A DNA stretch of 64,000 nt from Chiloscyllium plagiosum (taxonomy: Eukaryota). Location: positions 9,333,804 through 9,397,803 of the forward strand of contig NC_057719.1 of the NCBI RefSeq assembly GCF_004010195.1, in the 5' to 3' direction. Both the position numbers and the translations under genes were made by a program. The notes below the pieces were generated by a model. That model did no database searches. It was not told the origin of the DNA and worked only from the letters and a program-made list of their open reading frames with translations. This document shows, piece by piece, positions 37,798 through 51,618 of this stretch; the first letter of the stretch is position 1; each line of letters starts with the position of its first letter.

Positions 37798-38649
37798 ATG
37801 TTGGTGGCTATCATTGCTTGTTATTAAAGCCTATCTAGACAGCTTTGGAAGAAAGGAATCTTACATCTTCGACTGGCCTCTGTGTGACTCTAGATCCACA
37901 GCAATGTGGTTTCCCCCCCCCTAACTGTCCATGAAATAACCCCACAAGCTACATGGGTCAACAGCAAGTAGGGATGGCTAACAAATACTTGCCTTGACAG
38001 TGATACCTGCTTTCCATGCAAAATCTATAAAAAGAAACAATATTTAAATAAGTAAGTTAATATATTTTCACTGTGACTAAAAGGTGAAATCTCAGCACAA
38101 AAGAAAATCCTGGGTTTCCTAACTCTCAGAGATCAGCATAAACTCTCATTGAGTTCAAAGGACAGATGGAATGTTACAGCTAAAAGCATCAAAGAAATTT
38201 TCAACAGACTGAGATCACCTGTGTTTCCAAAAATAATGGGGGACTGATGACCCTCTGCTTAAGCTACCCCCTTTTGATTATGTCCCAAGCTACAGGCATA
38301 TTTCATATGTTTCCCTTTGAGGAATATACAAGGAGTGGAGTTAAGCCAGTTTCAACTGTACTGGAGAGCGCTCGTGGGACTGAGCATTCTCATGTCCCTT
38401 AGCCTGGATTGGAGCATTGGCATATTATGAAGATCACAGTTGAAGAACTATCCCCTAGTCATCCCTGTGCGATGGGTAAAGAATCTCTCACTCTGAATGA
38501 TGGAAGCAATCTAGGCAGCAGTCAGATGAAAGGGAAACAGGACAAAAAAGGACTCTATCTCATTCTGGATTCAATCTTGGTCAGAAGGAATCAAAATTAT
38601 AGAATCTCACCAGTCTTCAAAACAAAGGTTCATGAAAATAGCTCCCCCG

Positions 38650-38762
38650 TTCTGACCCGAAACATTAGCTCTGATTTCTCATGCTACCAGATCTGCTGAG
38701 CTTTTCCAGCAATCTCTATGTTTGCCTCTAATTTACAGCATCTGCAGTCCTTTCATTTTTTT
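38650..38762 (+). mobile_element. PLE terminal repeat fragment (family C)
   Basis: gacccgaaacattagctctg..ctgctgagcttttccagcaa..cagcatctgcag. Confidence 0.65.
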
Positions 38763-39138
38763 AGCAAAGTTCCAGTAAACCCCAATGCAATGGTCACAAT
38801 ATTCAACAGTCTTTTCCAAACACTTCAGAGATTGGTCTGTATATCTTACAGGACTCCCCTCTTATTCCTAATCTGCACGTATGCATGTTGTGTTCATACT
38901 TGTTCTCACACGTGATCATGCATAAACTCACTTTTTGCGTAATTCAAGAAAGCCTGGTTAAATTGGTTCCTGTTTAAAAAAAAAAATAAGCTCATTTGGA
39001 TCTGGGAGAAAGGGCAGGGATCATTTTCAGATTAAACTTGGTGGAACCAACCAAGTTGGATAAACAGGGGGAGTTAGTTCATGCCTTCTAATCCGGGAGT
39101 ATAACAGTCTGGGGTATCCCATCTGCAATTGTAATAAA

Positions 39139-39310
39139 AACAAAAAACTACTCGAGATCACACTCAATGCTCTGATGAAGAGACATCTAGATTTGAAATG
39201 TTAGCTTGCTCTGTCTCTCTCTCTGTGGATGCTGTCAGGCCCACTGTGATTTCCAGCATTTTTTTTTTTGTTTTCAGTACAGATTTCCAGCATCTGCAGT
39301 AATTTTGTTC
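39139..39310 (+). mobile_element. PLE terminal-repeat element (family F) with short inverted arm and 16-bp TSD
   Basis: ctgcaat(t/c)gtaataaa at 39123-39138 and 39311-39326. Core gct-CTGATGA..GAAA-tgtt-agc. Confidence 0.8.
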
Positions 39311-39994
39311 CTGCAATCGTAATAAATTGATAAACTTTGCTGGAGTAGGTTTGTAACAGATGCAAGTCAGCGTGAACTGAACAAATGGGACCAGCACTTT
39401 GATACAGCAAATTACAGCCATGCTGAATATATTTACATTTCCTAGCTGCCTCTTACTGCAGCATATTCTCCTACAGATTCAATCTCTACACTGTTCACCC
39501 AAAACCATCCATGTTCCTAATGATGGCATGGGTTAATGAGCTTCTGAATTCCTCCCCCATTTCCCCCCCCTCACTCCAACCGCCTTATTTAACTTGCTTA
39601 ACATATACTGGGTTGGAAGAGAATCACAGTCTAACCAGGACTATAATTTGCTGTGACAGAGTACAGTGACACTGATTTAATATGAAGCAATTGTACTTAT
39701 AATACAGCTGACATGGACACTCAAAGATATTAACATTTCCTTTACACTGAAAAATCTTCTCATCCAAAAACTATCTCCTTCGTTGTACTACTTAGTTGAT
39801 ATAAAATAATTTTAACTCCTCTGAACGGAGGGATAATTATGTTGTTCAGCGAACACAGTGCAAGCTCAACTCAGGACTGACACATTCACTCAACCACATT
39901 ATTACTGACACTGTCAAAATATTGGTCTATTCTTTGAATAAATGCGTATCTCTGAACCCAGTAGGTTGCGAGTTTTCAGCTCACTTCAGGGAGT

Positions 39995-40550
39995 TATAGA
40001 GATGTACAGCACGGAAACAGACCCTTCGGTCCAACTCGTCCATGCCGACCAGATATCCCAACCCAATCTAGTCCCACCTGCCAGCACCCGGCCCATATCC
40101 CTCCGAACCCTTCCTATTCATATACCCATCCAAATGCCTCTTACATATTGCAATTGTACCAGCCTCCACCACTTCCTCTGGCAGCTCATTCCATACATGT
40201 ACCATCCTCTGCGTGAAAAAGTTGCCCCTTACGTCTCTTTTATATCTTTCCCCTCTCACCCTAAATCTATGCCCTCTAGTTCTGGACTCCCCCACCCCAG
40301 GGAAAAGACTTTGTCTACTTACCTGATCCACGCCCCTCATAATTTTGTAAACCTCTATAAGGTCACCCCTCAGCCTCCGACGCTCCAGGTACTCTGACCA
40401 ATAAAGAAAAGCATACCAAACGCTTTCTTCACTATCCTATCTACCTATGACTCCACTTTTAAGGAGCTATGAACCTGCACTCCAAGGTCTCTTTGTTCAG
40501 CAACACTGCCTTGGACCTTCCCATTAAGTGTATAAGTCCTGCTAAGAGTT
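39995..40550 (-). mobile_element. HER1/CR1 LINE 3' fragment
   Basis: MRGVD..SRTRGH.F.VRG..VWNELPEEVVEAG. Confidence 0.9.
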
Positions 40551-41291
40551 GAACAATCTGGTCAACTCCCCTGCCTCAGAGCAAGACTGAGTGAGTGCCG
40601 CACTGTCAGAGGTACTATCCTTCAGAAAGAGGTTTAAAGTGAGGTCTGAACCACCAATTCCTCTGGAAGTTCATTCCACACACAAACTACTCTCTGTGTA
40701 AAAAGATTTCTCCTCATGGTCCTTTTTAAGTCTTTCTCCTCTCACCTTCAAAATATGCCCCTTAGTTTTGAACTCCCCTAACCTTGTCTTACACTTTCTC
40801 TATGCCCTTCATGATTTTGTAAACCTCAGTAAGGCCACAACCTCCTACTCTCCAGTTTGTGTTTATTAATATAAAGTTCAAGAGTTGAGAATGATATGGG
40901 AGCAGATTTCCTGGAGGGTAATGGAGCTGGAGGAAGTCACAGGTGTGGAGGGAGCAGCAGAGGGAGACTGAGAAAGAGGGCTCAGAATTTTAAAAATGAG
41001 GTATTGGTTGATCAGGAGCCAGTACAGACCAACGAGCACAGGAGGGGTGAATATATCTCCGAGGGGTGCAAATTAGGATAGAAGGGATTTACGTGACCCC
41101 TGGCTTAGGTGGTAGAATGTTGCCGAGGGATTAAGAACCCAAAAAAAAGGGGAGGGGTTGGAAAGCGAAAAAAGTGGCAATATTATAGAACAGCAACCAT
41201 TTCTGAAAACCGTTTCTGTCCTTTCAGGAGACACATCTTTTTTTAAAATTTGAAGACTTGTTAAAACAAAACAAGATACTGGATAAACATC

Positions 41292-41415
41292 TGCAGCTTG
41301 AAGTGATGTCGCTGACCCAGTAAAGGAGCTTCATTTGTCTTCACACTGATTCCTGATGGTTAGTGATGACCTTTTGTCTCATTGAAGTGACATCCTCTGC
41401 ACTGAAGAAGCTGCA
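41292..41415 (+). ncRNA. Candidate C/D-box snoRNA-like motif set (unverified)
   Basis: 8-bp terminal stem tgcagctt/aagctgca, C-like GTGATGT, D' CTGA, C' GTGATGA, D CTGA. Confidence 0.3.
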
Positions 41416-41799
41416 CAAAAATAATTGTTCACAAGCGTTGCGGACTATAATTGCGTCTGTGCCTTACTTTTAGCTGACTCGTTAGGAGGGCTGAGGAATA
41501 ATGCAAAGCAAATAGTCCTTTCATGATGGGCTGATGCAGGCACAATGGACTGTTAAATTCGTATTATCTTTGTCTGCCCAGTTTGGAACAGGGTCGTTAG
41601 CCCATTTAATATAAACGCGCACACAAAAAAAAATGCACTGCTTGCAAAGAGCTGCTAAATAGTTATTCGAATTATGCTCATCTCCCCCCAAAAAACGCAT
41701 GAACATTTACTCACTTAACAGCTGTGTAACTGAGTGCAAAGCTCATTGTACCTTCCCACCCAGTATTGCTTATTGGAATAGACAATGTGTTCTGGATTG

Positions 41800-42200
41800 C
41801 AAGAAGGACTGGGTCTATATCCTCTTGAGTTTAGAAGAGTCAGGGGTAACATGACTGGGTGGATGTTGAAGAGATGTTTCCTTTCTTTAAGGGAATCCAG
41901 AACTCTGTGACTCTCGAACCAGGGTTCATAGTTTAAAAACAAGGGGTCACACATTTAAACCAATAGTGCGGAAACATTTTATTTTCTCTCAGAAGATCCC
42001 TGAGTCTTTGGAATTCCCTTTCTCAAAAGGTGGTGGATGCAGAATCTTTAAATAATTTCAAGGCAGACAGATAGATTGCCAAGGAGCATGAAAGATTATC
42101 AGGGATGTAGAGTCGAGGTTACAATCAGACCAACCATATCTTATTGAATGGTGGAGTAGTTTCGAAGGGCTGTATGGCCTTCGCCTGCCGCTAATTTTTA
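41800..42200 (+). mobile_element. CR1 LINE 3' fragment
   Basis: CR1 C-terminus and tail. Confidence 0.7.
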
Positions 42201-42567
42201 AACCTCAATATTTCCATAATGTGGATTAAGATTTGGAATTTACTGTCAGGGTTAAATGAACATATGAAGAAGGAACAAGACTATAGTCACTTGGCTCTTT
42301 GTGCCTGCTCCACCATTCAATACAATCAAGGATGGTCATTCTACTTAGCCCCCTTGGCTTCTTCCCATTGATCCATTTACACCCAGGAATGATCTCTAAT
42401 TCCTTCTTGAATTTTCCCAATGACCAGGGAGTACAGAACACGGGGTGACTTTGTTCCCAATGATCCGGAGTCAGACGTTGAGTGATACAGGGCAGGCTTT
42501 CCAGAACTGCTATGAAGAGAAATTTCTTTCACCCAGAGAGTGGCGAACCTGTGGAATCCTCTGGCAC

Positions 42568-42870
42568 AGGATCCCTACAGTGTGGAAGCAGGCCATTTGG
42601 TCAATCAAATCCACACCAACCCTCTAAACAGCAACCCACCCAGACCCACCCCCCATTTCCCATGGTTAATCCACCTAGACCAAACATCCCTGCACACCTT
42701 GGGACAATTTAGCATGACCTATCCCCCTAACCTGCATATCTTTGGAGGGTGGGAAGCATCCCACAGAGACACAGGGAAAATGTACAAACTCCACGTAGAC
42801 AGTCGCCCAAGGCTGGGATTGAACCCAGGTCCCTGGCAGCAGTGCCAACGACCGAGCGACCGTGCAGCCC
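42568..42870 (-). mobile_element. HE1-type V-SINE
   Basis: Reverse copy. Confidence 0.8.
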
Positions 42871-44469
42871 TCAAATGCTCCTCGACCTTTCCACAACACC
42901 ACCGTTTCTGGACAAGGAACTATGTTTGATATCACCACAGTTAGCAGCCACTGGTTTGGAGAGGCGAGAGCGAAAGAATACCTGACTACATAACTGTTTG
43001 CCCCCATCACCCAGGGACACTCTGCAAGGAGCTCTGACAAGGGAGAGTGCCAGCTCCCTATGCTGCTAGTTAACTATTGTGCAGTGTCCCGTGCCTTGGA
43101 TGAAATAGAAATGGAATTGGCTGCAGTTCAGACTAGACAAACTGACAGGCAATTCCTATGATCCCGCAAAGGCTCTGCGACAGACACAGAAACAAAGAAC
43201 TACAATTACTTAGTGTCTTATTACACCATTCAGAAACTTCCCAAAGCACAACACAGAGAATGGACGACATAGTACAGTTATAATGTGAGAGAACATGAGA
43301 AAATGTGGATGCCAACAGACTCCCGTGTACAGGAATGAAACCAGCAACCGGTGGGGCATTAGGATGGGGACGCTGTTTAACATCGGCTTTAACATCAGGA
43401 CAACTAAACATCCTTCTCTGAATAGCACAACGAGATCATGAAAATGAACTGAAACAAGGCCGTTGGGTTACTGATTCATCTGATGGATGGTACACAGTTG
43501 CAATGAAGTATCCGCAGGGATTGTGAGGGAGGTTTGAAGTTATAGCCTTGAAGCCGAGAATGCAATTTACAGCATCAAACCAATGACAGCATCATCAGCT
43601 TTTGCCAGAAGGCTAAAGCCAAATGTGGAGTGACAGCATCTCTGAGTTTTGCTTTATCTCTAATGAAAATTCAATGAAGAACCAGAAAGACAGAAAGATT
43701 TGATAATCCCATGACATGAGACCTAGAAAGAAGTGGGTAAAGGTTGGCTTTTATTTTATGAGTAAAGGTTTCTGGGATATGAGCTTCCCACTTCAGAAAT
43801 TTGGAGACAGCCAATTGCAATGTCAAATGTGGGAGAGAATGGCCATCATGCCTCTGTGACTTTACAAGTGAATACTCTCTGCTCATGCGAATATTATGGT
43901 TTTGAAATCTGACAGCTTGGAAGGAACGACAGTGTCTGTGCTAGTTCGACTGGAGTTTAAAGCAAACAGATGGATACACAAAGACTGAACAGAGCTTAGC
44001 TGATATCCAGAGGCATAAGGAGTGTCTTTCATAGACCTGCATAATTTCCCAAACTAGAAAAGAATAAAATTTCAGCTCAGATTCTTCAAGGATTACATGC
44101 CTTTTAACCAAGCTTCCTTCTTTCCTCTCTCTGTTTGCCTCTTACAGTCCAATCCTTGGCAACTGGAAATTAAAACGCATTTTTCTAGTTGCAGACATAC
44201 TTGGGCACCGTTCAAATGCAGCAAGGGAGCACCCCCCTTGGGTTAAGGAAAGGAAAGTATTGTACTTAACGTCTTTCGTTATTCACTCACAGGGCAAGTG
44301 TGTCTGCAAGGACAAGGGCAACAGATACATGGGAACACCACCCACCTCCAAGTTCCACTCCAAGCCACTTGCTATCCAGACTTGGAAATATATTGCCATT
44401 TGTTCACTGTCATTGGATCAAAATCCTGGGGCTCTTGAGCAGCATTGTGGTTGCAGAAGGCAGCTCTTA

Positions 44470-44935
44470 GATGCTTCATACATGCACTATAGAAAGCATC
44501 CGATCCGCTGTATCATATAAATGGTCTGTGAGATACTACAGAAAGTCGTGAACACAGCCTGGTCCATCACACAAACCAGCCTTCCTTCCAATTATTCCAT
44601 CTGCACTTCCCACTGCCTCCGGAAAACAGCCAACACCATCCGGGTTATACTCTCTTCCATCGGGCAGAAGATACAAAAGATACAGAAGATGAAAAACGTG
44701 CCAACAGATTTAAGAACAGCTTCTTCCCTGCTGTTATCAGACTGACGAACAGATCTCTAAAAAAAAATTAGAGTTGATCCTTCTCTGCACCTTCGCAGTA
44801 GCTGTAACACAATAATCTGCATTCTGTTCTATTACCCTGCTGTACATATGTGTGGTATAATTTGTCTGGTTAGCACTCAAAACAGTACTTTTCACTGTAT
44901 CTTGGTACATGTGACAATAATAAATAAAATCAAAA
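44470..44935 (+). mobile_element. Rex1/Babar LINE 3' fragment nested in the tail of the second LINE family
   Basis: LQKVVNTA.SIT..LPS. Host gcagctc|accaccttctcaag resumes at about 44936. Confidence 0.75.
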
Positions 44936-45099
44936 TCACCACCTTCTCAAGAGCAATTAGGGGTTGGAAGTAAATGCTGGCCTAGTCAGTGAAACCCACT
45001 TCTTGGAATATATTAAGTTAAAGCAAGTGCTTCATGATATAAGAAGTTATGAATTGTGCAATCATCAATGGCGATCCCTATTTCTGATCTCATGACGAA

Positions 45100-45830
45100 G
45101 GGAATGGCATTAAGCAAGCAGCTGAAGATGGTTGGGCTGAGGACATGACCCTGAGGAATTCCTACAGAGATGTCCTCAAGTTGAGATGAGTCACTTCCAA
45201 CAACCAGGACCGTTTTCCTCTGTGCCCAGCCTGGCTCTAACCTGCAGAGCCTCCCTTGTGATTCTCAACAACTTCACTTTCAGTCAGACTTCCTGATGCC
45301 ATGCTCAGTCAATCACTGCTTTGACGTCAAAGGTAGCTACTTTCATTTCACTTCTGGAATGCAGCTCCTTTGTCCATTTTGGACTAACGCCAGAATGAGT
45401 TCAGGAGGCAGCTGGTAAGACCCGAAATGAGCATCAATGAGCTGGTTCCTAGCTTGGCAATTCTATCAATGACACCCTTCATCGCTATGCTGATGTTTAA
45501 GAGTAGGATGGCGTGACACCAATTGACAGGATTGGACTTGTACTGCTTTTTGTGGTCATGTTCACACTGCTCTCAAGCTGCCAGCATTACTCCTGCACTG
45601 GAACAACAATGGGAATGCAAGTGCAGCTAGTTCTGAAGAACAAGTCTTCAACACCACAGCCAGGATGCTGTCAAGGCTTTTCCTGTATCATGTGCACACA
45701 ATTATTGCTTCGTGTCATGTGGGATGAATCCAAGTGTCTGAAGACTGGAATCTGTTACGCTGGGGACTTCACATAGATATAAAGTTGGATCATCCGTTCA
45801 GCTCCTCCATGCTGAAGATGGTTGGACTTG
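45100..45830 (-). mobile_element. Degraded RT region of the second LINE family
   Basis: Reverse ..G.PQG..L.P.IFSC..N and ..DVK..IDxAW motifs. Confidence 0.5.
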
Positions 45831-46639
45831 GTTTTTGTACTCGCATGGAATTTACAAACAGGTCAATGGTGACCATGCAACCATTGTTGGTTGTTAGCCA
45901 GGACCAGTGGTCCAGTGAGGACTGTGACAGCAGCCAACGGTCAGACTACGTAAAGGACCCTGCGCTGGTCTGCTGCAGAGAGGCCTTGGAGACAGACAGT
46001 GATGTTTGCCTTTTTAAACTTTGCTTCTTGTTTCTCTAACTTATGGTTACACTGTGTACAGCTGCAATGTAACCTTTCTTTTCCTTCAGTTCTCTCCTCT
46101 GTGAGTAAGGATTGTACCTATGTACCGAAGATGACACTGTAAGTGGCAACTCATAAACATTCACTCATTGCAAAAAAACTATCTGCTTCGTTAGGGTCCT
46201 TGTGGGAAGGAAATCTGTTGTCCTGACGTTGTCTGGCCAACACATGACTCCAGACCTACAGCAAATCAGTAACAGCCCTCTGGGCAATTATCAATGGGCA
46301 ATACTGCTTGCCTGGCAATGAGGTCCATTACCCACAAACATAAAAAAGTCTGCATTTCCAGACTTCATGTAATGATAGGGGACAGGGTCAGAGTGTGGAA
46401 TTGAGATAAACATTTTGACCATATTGAATGGTACGTAAGCCTAAAAAGGTATCACATGATCTTCTGCTGCTCCAATTTCTTCTGTTCCTAACTTCCTAAA
46501 GTGTAACGCATTTAGCCATTGGGCTTGTACCCCTTGGAATTAGAGCAATGACAGAAGACCTTACTGAATCTTGTCAGATTCTCAGGGTAGATGTGGGAAG
46601 GTTGTTTCCCATTCTGGGAGATTCCAGGACCTTGTTTTT

Positions 46640-47000
46640 GTTTATTCACTCATGGGACATGGGCCTCACTGCCAGGCCATTCCATCCCATGCTGCCCTTG
46701 AACTGAATGACTTTCTAGACCATATCCGAGGGTCGTTGAGGATCAACCATATTGCTGTGAGTCTGGAGTCACATGTAAGCCAGACCAGGTAAGGATGGCA
46801 GATATCCTTCCCGAAAGGACACTAGTGTGCCTGATGGGTTTTCCTGACAATCAACAATGGTTTTTATAACCAATACCAAATTCTTAATTTCCATATTTCT
46901 TTAAGAATTGAATTTAAACTCTACCACAGCAAGATGTGAACCCAGGTCCCCAGAATATTGGCTGACCTTCTGGATTAATAACACAGCAACAATACCACAG
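46640..47000 (-). mobile_element. tRNA-type SINE family 2
   Basis: gtctggagtcacatgtaagccagaccaggtaaggatggcagat. Confidence 0.8.
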
Positions 47001-47314
47001 GAACATTGTCTCCACAGAGATCAATACCTCAGTATAAAAGATAACACTGCAAGACAGAGGTGAGGAGGAATGTATTCTCTCAGAGGGCAGTGAAGCTGCG
47101 TGAATCAGTGGCAATGTCACTGGATTAGAAACCCAGAAATCCAGCTCATGTCATGGGGACATTGTTCAAATTCCACATGACAGCTGGCAAAGCTGAAGTT
47201 CAGCAAGTCGATCAGGAATTACCAAGTTAGTTTCAGTTATTGTGAAGCTGACACTCATTGGAAAAGAAATCCAATTTGTTTGTAATGTCCCTAAGGGAAG
47301 GAATCTGCCAGATT

Positions 47315-47970
47315 AGTCAGTGGTTAGGAAGGCAAATGCAATAATGGTATTTATTTTGAGAGGACTTGAATATAAAAGTAGGGATATACTTCTGAGGCTC
47401 TATAAGGCTCTTGTCAGACCACATTTGGAGTATTGTGCACAGTTTTGGGTCCCATATCCCAGGAAAGATGTACTGGAGCACGTTCAGAGGAGATTCACAA
47501 GAATGGACCCAGGAATGAACAGCTTAACATATGAGGAATGCTTGAGGAGTCTGGGTCTATACCAGATGGAGTTTAGAAGGATGAGGGGGGAATCTAATTG
47601 AAACATACAGAATACTAAATGGCCTGAACAGAATGGATGTTGGGAAGATGTTTCCATTGGTAGGAGAGACTAGGACCTGAGGGCATAGCCTTAAAGTAAA
47701 GGGAAGACCTTTTAGAGCGGAGATAAGGAGAAACTTCTTCAGCCAGAGAGTTGTGAATCTGTGGAATTCACTGCCACAGAAGGCTGTGGAGGCCAGTCAT
47801 TGAGTATATTTAAGACTGAGATAGATAGGTTCTTGATTGTAAAGGGGAGCAAGGGTTACCGGGAGAAAGCGGGAGAATCGGATTGAGAAACCTATCAGCC
47901 ATGTTTGAATGATAGAGCACACTTGATGGGCTGAATGGCCTAGTTTCTGCTCCTACATCTTGGTTTTATG
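47315..47970 (+). mobile_element. CR1 LINE ORF2 C-terminus plus tail
   Basis: LLRLYKALVRPHLEYCAQFW..VQRRFTRM. Confidence 0.9.
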
Positions 47971-49214
47971 GGTTTAGCTGGTCTGCCTGCAAACGCTGCT
48001 TTATCAAAGCCCTAGCACGATAGTCCAGTGAAGGGTATGTAGGTTAATCTGATCTTCGAGTCGAATAAAAGATGAGCACAACATTGAGGGCTGAAGGGCC
48101 TGTACTGTGCTGCACAGTTCTATGATCTATATTCTGTGGTCCACTCAGTTCAATGGCAAATTGGAGGCAGAGAACGGATGATGGTATTGTTGGTGATGTT
48201 CACCTCCCATGAAAGAATAGACTTAAAAAGAAGTGACAAAACACTGCAGATCATATCCCACCGTTCCTGCAGGAGTTGTTTGCACTGTGAATTTGAAGCA
48301 AACTGTCCCCCAGCAAATATCAATGAGCCAACTGTCCAGTGAAAGAGTAGAGGAGGTAAATGTTGGCAAATTCAAAAATCGATAGATATTTGGCAGTAGA
48401 GAACAAGACAGAGTATCCTGTGATATTTCTTTTAGCTTTGGGACTGTCCAGATGGTGTCATGAAGTCCTGTGTATCCCTACATTATTTATAGGAGTGAAA
48501 TCTATGTGGTATTGGCGATATGTTGATATTTTGCATCCATTTTTAATGCTTAACACCTTTGAAGGAGGCTCCAATTTTAAAATTTATTTTTAAAACTGTG
48601 TGCTAACATAAAATTCCACAGTACAAGTTCAGCTCTGTTTCTAATACCAATATCCAATGGTAAGAGATGCCGAGAATATCCAGAACAGACTGACGTGCTG
48701 CTTCTAATGAAAGCCTTGTCACTACAATATGCAAATTGGATGTTGGCAAGAACTGTGCTGGCTTCACACTGGGATGAAATATATGATCAGTCATAATAGA
48801 CATTTGTCACAAAGAAACTCGGCACTGACAGTCCGTAATTTGCATTATAACTCGAAAAGACAACGACCTTCAAAGTGAGTTGGGGGATGGCAATTCGTCA
48901 GCAACACAAAGGGTAAATCGTTAATTGTTGTTTATTTGATAATTGGGATTGGAGGGCACAAAGGGCATAGAACTAAAGGGCATAATTTAAAAATGAGGGG
49001 TTGCCCTTTTAAGGAGAGGGGGAAGGAATTTGATTCTCCGAGGATGCAGAGTCTTTGAAACTATCATCGACAATCAGTGGGGCTCATTGACTGTGCTTCA
49101 AATAGGGGCAGATTGTGACAGAGTGGGAATATCACTGCATTAGTAACAAGCGTCAAACTGACTTGGAAACATACTACCATTCCTTCACTGTCACCTGGCA
49201 AAAGCTCCTGGAAA

Positions 49215-49742
49215 GCACGCTGACTCAAAGGTTAGCACTGCTGCCTCACAGTGTCAGGGTCCTGGGTTTGATTCCAGCCTTGTGGATTCCAGTCCACATG
49301 GTGTTTGCACATTCTCGCCCAAGTCTGCGTGGGTTTCCTCTGGTTAGGGTGGTTTGGCCATAAGTTGCCCATAATGCTCAGTGATATGCAGACTATGTGG
49401 GTGAGCCATGGGAAATGAAGGGTTACAGGGATAATAGACAATAGGTGCAGGAGTAGGCCATTCTGCCCTTCGAGCCTGCACCACCATTCAATATGATCAT
49501 GACTGATCATCGTTAATCAGTATCCTGTTCCTGCCTTATCTCTATAACCCTTGATTCCACAATCCTTGAGAGCCCTATCCAACTCTTTCTTAAATGAATC
49601 CAGAGACTGGGCCTCCACTGCCCTCTGGGGCAGAGCATTCCACACAGGGTAGGGTCAATGGTTGTCTCTTGATGGGATGCTCTTTGAAGGGTTATGTAGA
49701 CTTGATGGGCTGAATGGCCTGCTCCACACTATAGGGATTCTA
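49215..49742 (+). mobile_element. HE1 SINE split by a reverse CR1 tail (about 49433-49643)
   Basis: HE1 head and tail flank the insertion; acaggg is repeated at both junctions. Confidence 0.8.
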
Positions 49743-50144
49743 CAAATATTCTATGCTGTGGACTGCAGCACTTCCAAATGGCATCTCACAGCCATCTTTT
49801 CTTGGGCAACTAGGGATGGACAATAAACGTTGGCCCAGTCAGTGATGCCAACACCCTGTAAATAAATTTTAAAAGGAGATACAACTTGTTTGATCCAACT
49901 GGGCCAGTGTCTATGCCTTACTCCAGCCACCTCCCAACTGTATTCAGCCAAACTCACCAACATAATCCTTGATTCCTTCTTTCCTCAACTGCTTATTGAG
50001 CTGGTCCCTGAATGCACCCTTGCACTTTTATCTTAAACATTCCATTCTTGAAATTCCAGCAACATTTTTTGGGAAAAGACTTTTCTTTAATCCTAAGTTC
50101 CCTACTGGATTTACTTGGGACTCTCTTATATTTAGCTTACTTAG

Positions 50145-50316
50145 GGTGTGGAAACAGGTCCTTCAGCCCAACAAGTCCACACCGACCCGCTGAAGCACAA
50201 CCCACCCAGACCCATTCCCCTACATTTACCCCTTCACCTAACACTACGGGCAATTTAGCATGGCCAATTCACCTAACCTGCACATTTTTGGACTGTGGGA
50301 GGAAACCGGAGCACCC
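50145..50316 (-). mobile_element. HE1 SINE 3' half
   Basis: Reverse tail and core. Confidence 0.85.
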
Positions 50317-51074
50317 GCTTTGCCCTCGTCCATACCACTGAGACCTATCAAACCTTTTCATAACCTGAATGAGCTCTATCCAGCTCCACTCAGTCTTGTT
50401 TTTATCACATGGAGAGATTAGCCGTCGTCTGTTCATTCCTTCCTGATAGCTGCAACCTTTCAGTTCTGGTCTCATTCTTGCGAATCCCTTCTTTATCAAG
50501 CAAATTAGAATTTTCCAGGGAAAAAAAACACTTCTTTGAGATAATTGCGTCAGGTTTATGATTGATTGCATGAAGACAAATTCTCGTCAGCATTATTATT
50601 TTTCATTCTAATTGCAATGCTACAGCCGAGCTGGCGAGATATGGCTTTTTATTTTTGTTGATACATCGATAGAGCTCCACCTTTCTCCAAACAAAAACAC
50701 TTCATTAGAGATAAGAATTTATTCAAGCTGTTGGGAAAAGAACCCATTGTTCTTAATTGTCAAAACAAGATAACATGGTAGTGGGAAGCTGCCTCGTCAA
50801 ATGTTTTCGAGGTGAAGATGGATTTTTGAACAGTAAAGGAATTGAGGGTTATGGTGAGCAGGCGGGCAAGTGGAGTTGAATCACGAAAGGATCAGCCACG
50901 ACATTATTGAATGGCGGAGCAGGCTCGATGGGCCAAATGGCCTACTCCTGCTCCTATTTCTTACATTCTATTAGCCCAAGTAAAGGGGAGAAATGTGTGC
51001 AACCTTGGTCTCCTTTTCATACCGTTGGCATGTCTATCAGCTTGTAAAAGGTAAACCTAAAATCGCTATTGCCT

Positions 51075-51195
51075 CATTAGACCATACGGCTGCCCTCTCT
51101 CATCAGAGAGAGGTACCTGGTGGGTTTGACCTGAGGGTTACCGAGCCCCGGGCGAGGGGAGACGTTGAGAAGGAGATTCTATCATGGTGTCCTCA
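51075..51195 (-). mobile_element. tRNA-type SINE family 3 fragment
   Basis: agaccatacggctg..acctgagggttaccgagcc..gagggga. Confidence 0.65.
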
Positions 51196-51618
51196 GGCTG
51201 GATTTGTCATCCAAAGCAGCAATCACATTATGAGAACACAAGTGGGCCATTCAGTCCCTTGAGGGCTTGCTGTCATTTCATGAGACTGAGTGGTATACTC
51301 TGCACCACTTCCCTGCACTAGTGCTGTATCCCTTGAGGTTTTTGGTGTCTAGAACTGCATCCACCTCATTCTATAATGTGTTCAACAACTGAGACACCAC
51401 CGCTATTTGGGTTAGAGCACTCTAAACATTCACCAGCTCAAGTGAAGAAATTCCTCAGTCCTCAAGGACCAACCCTTTACTCTGAGAAGGGAGAATGTGT
51501 AGTTTGGGTGGACTGGTTGAGAAGAAGATGTGATTGCCAGTAAAGTTGATTGCCAAAAGAACCAGAGGGGGAAATAAGGAAAATCATTTTGACACATCAA
51601 CTTGTTCTATCCTAGAAT

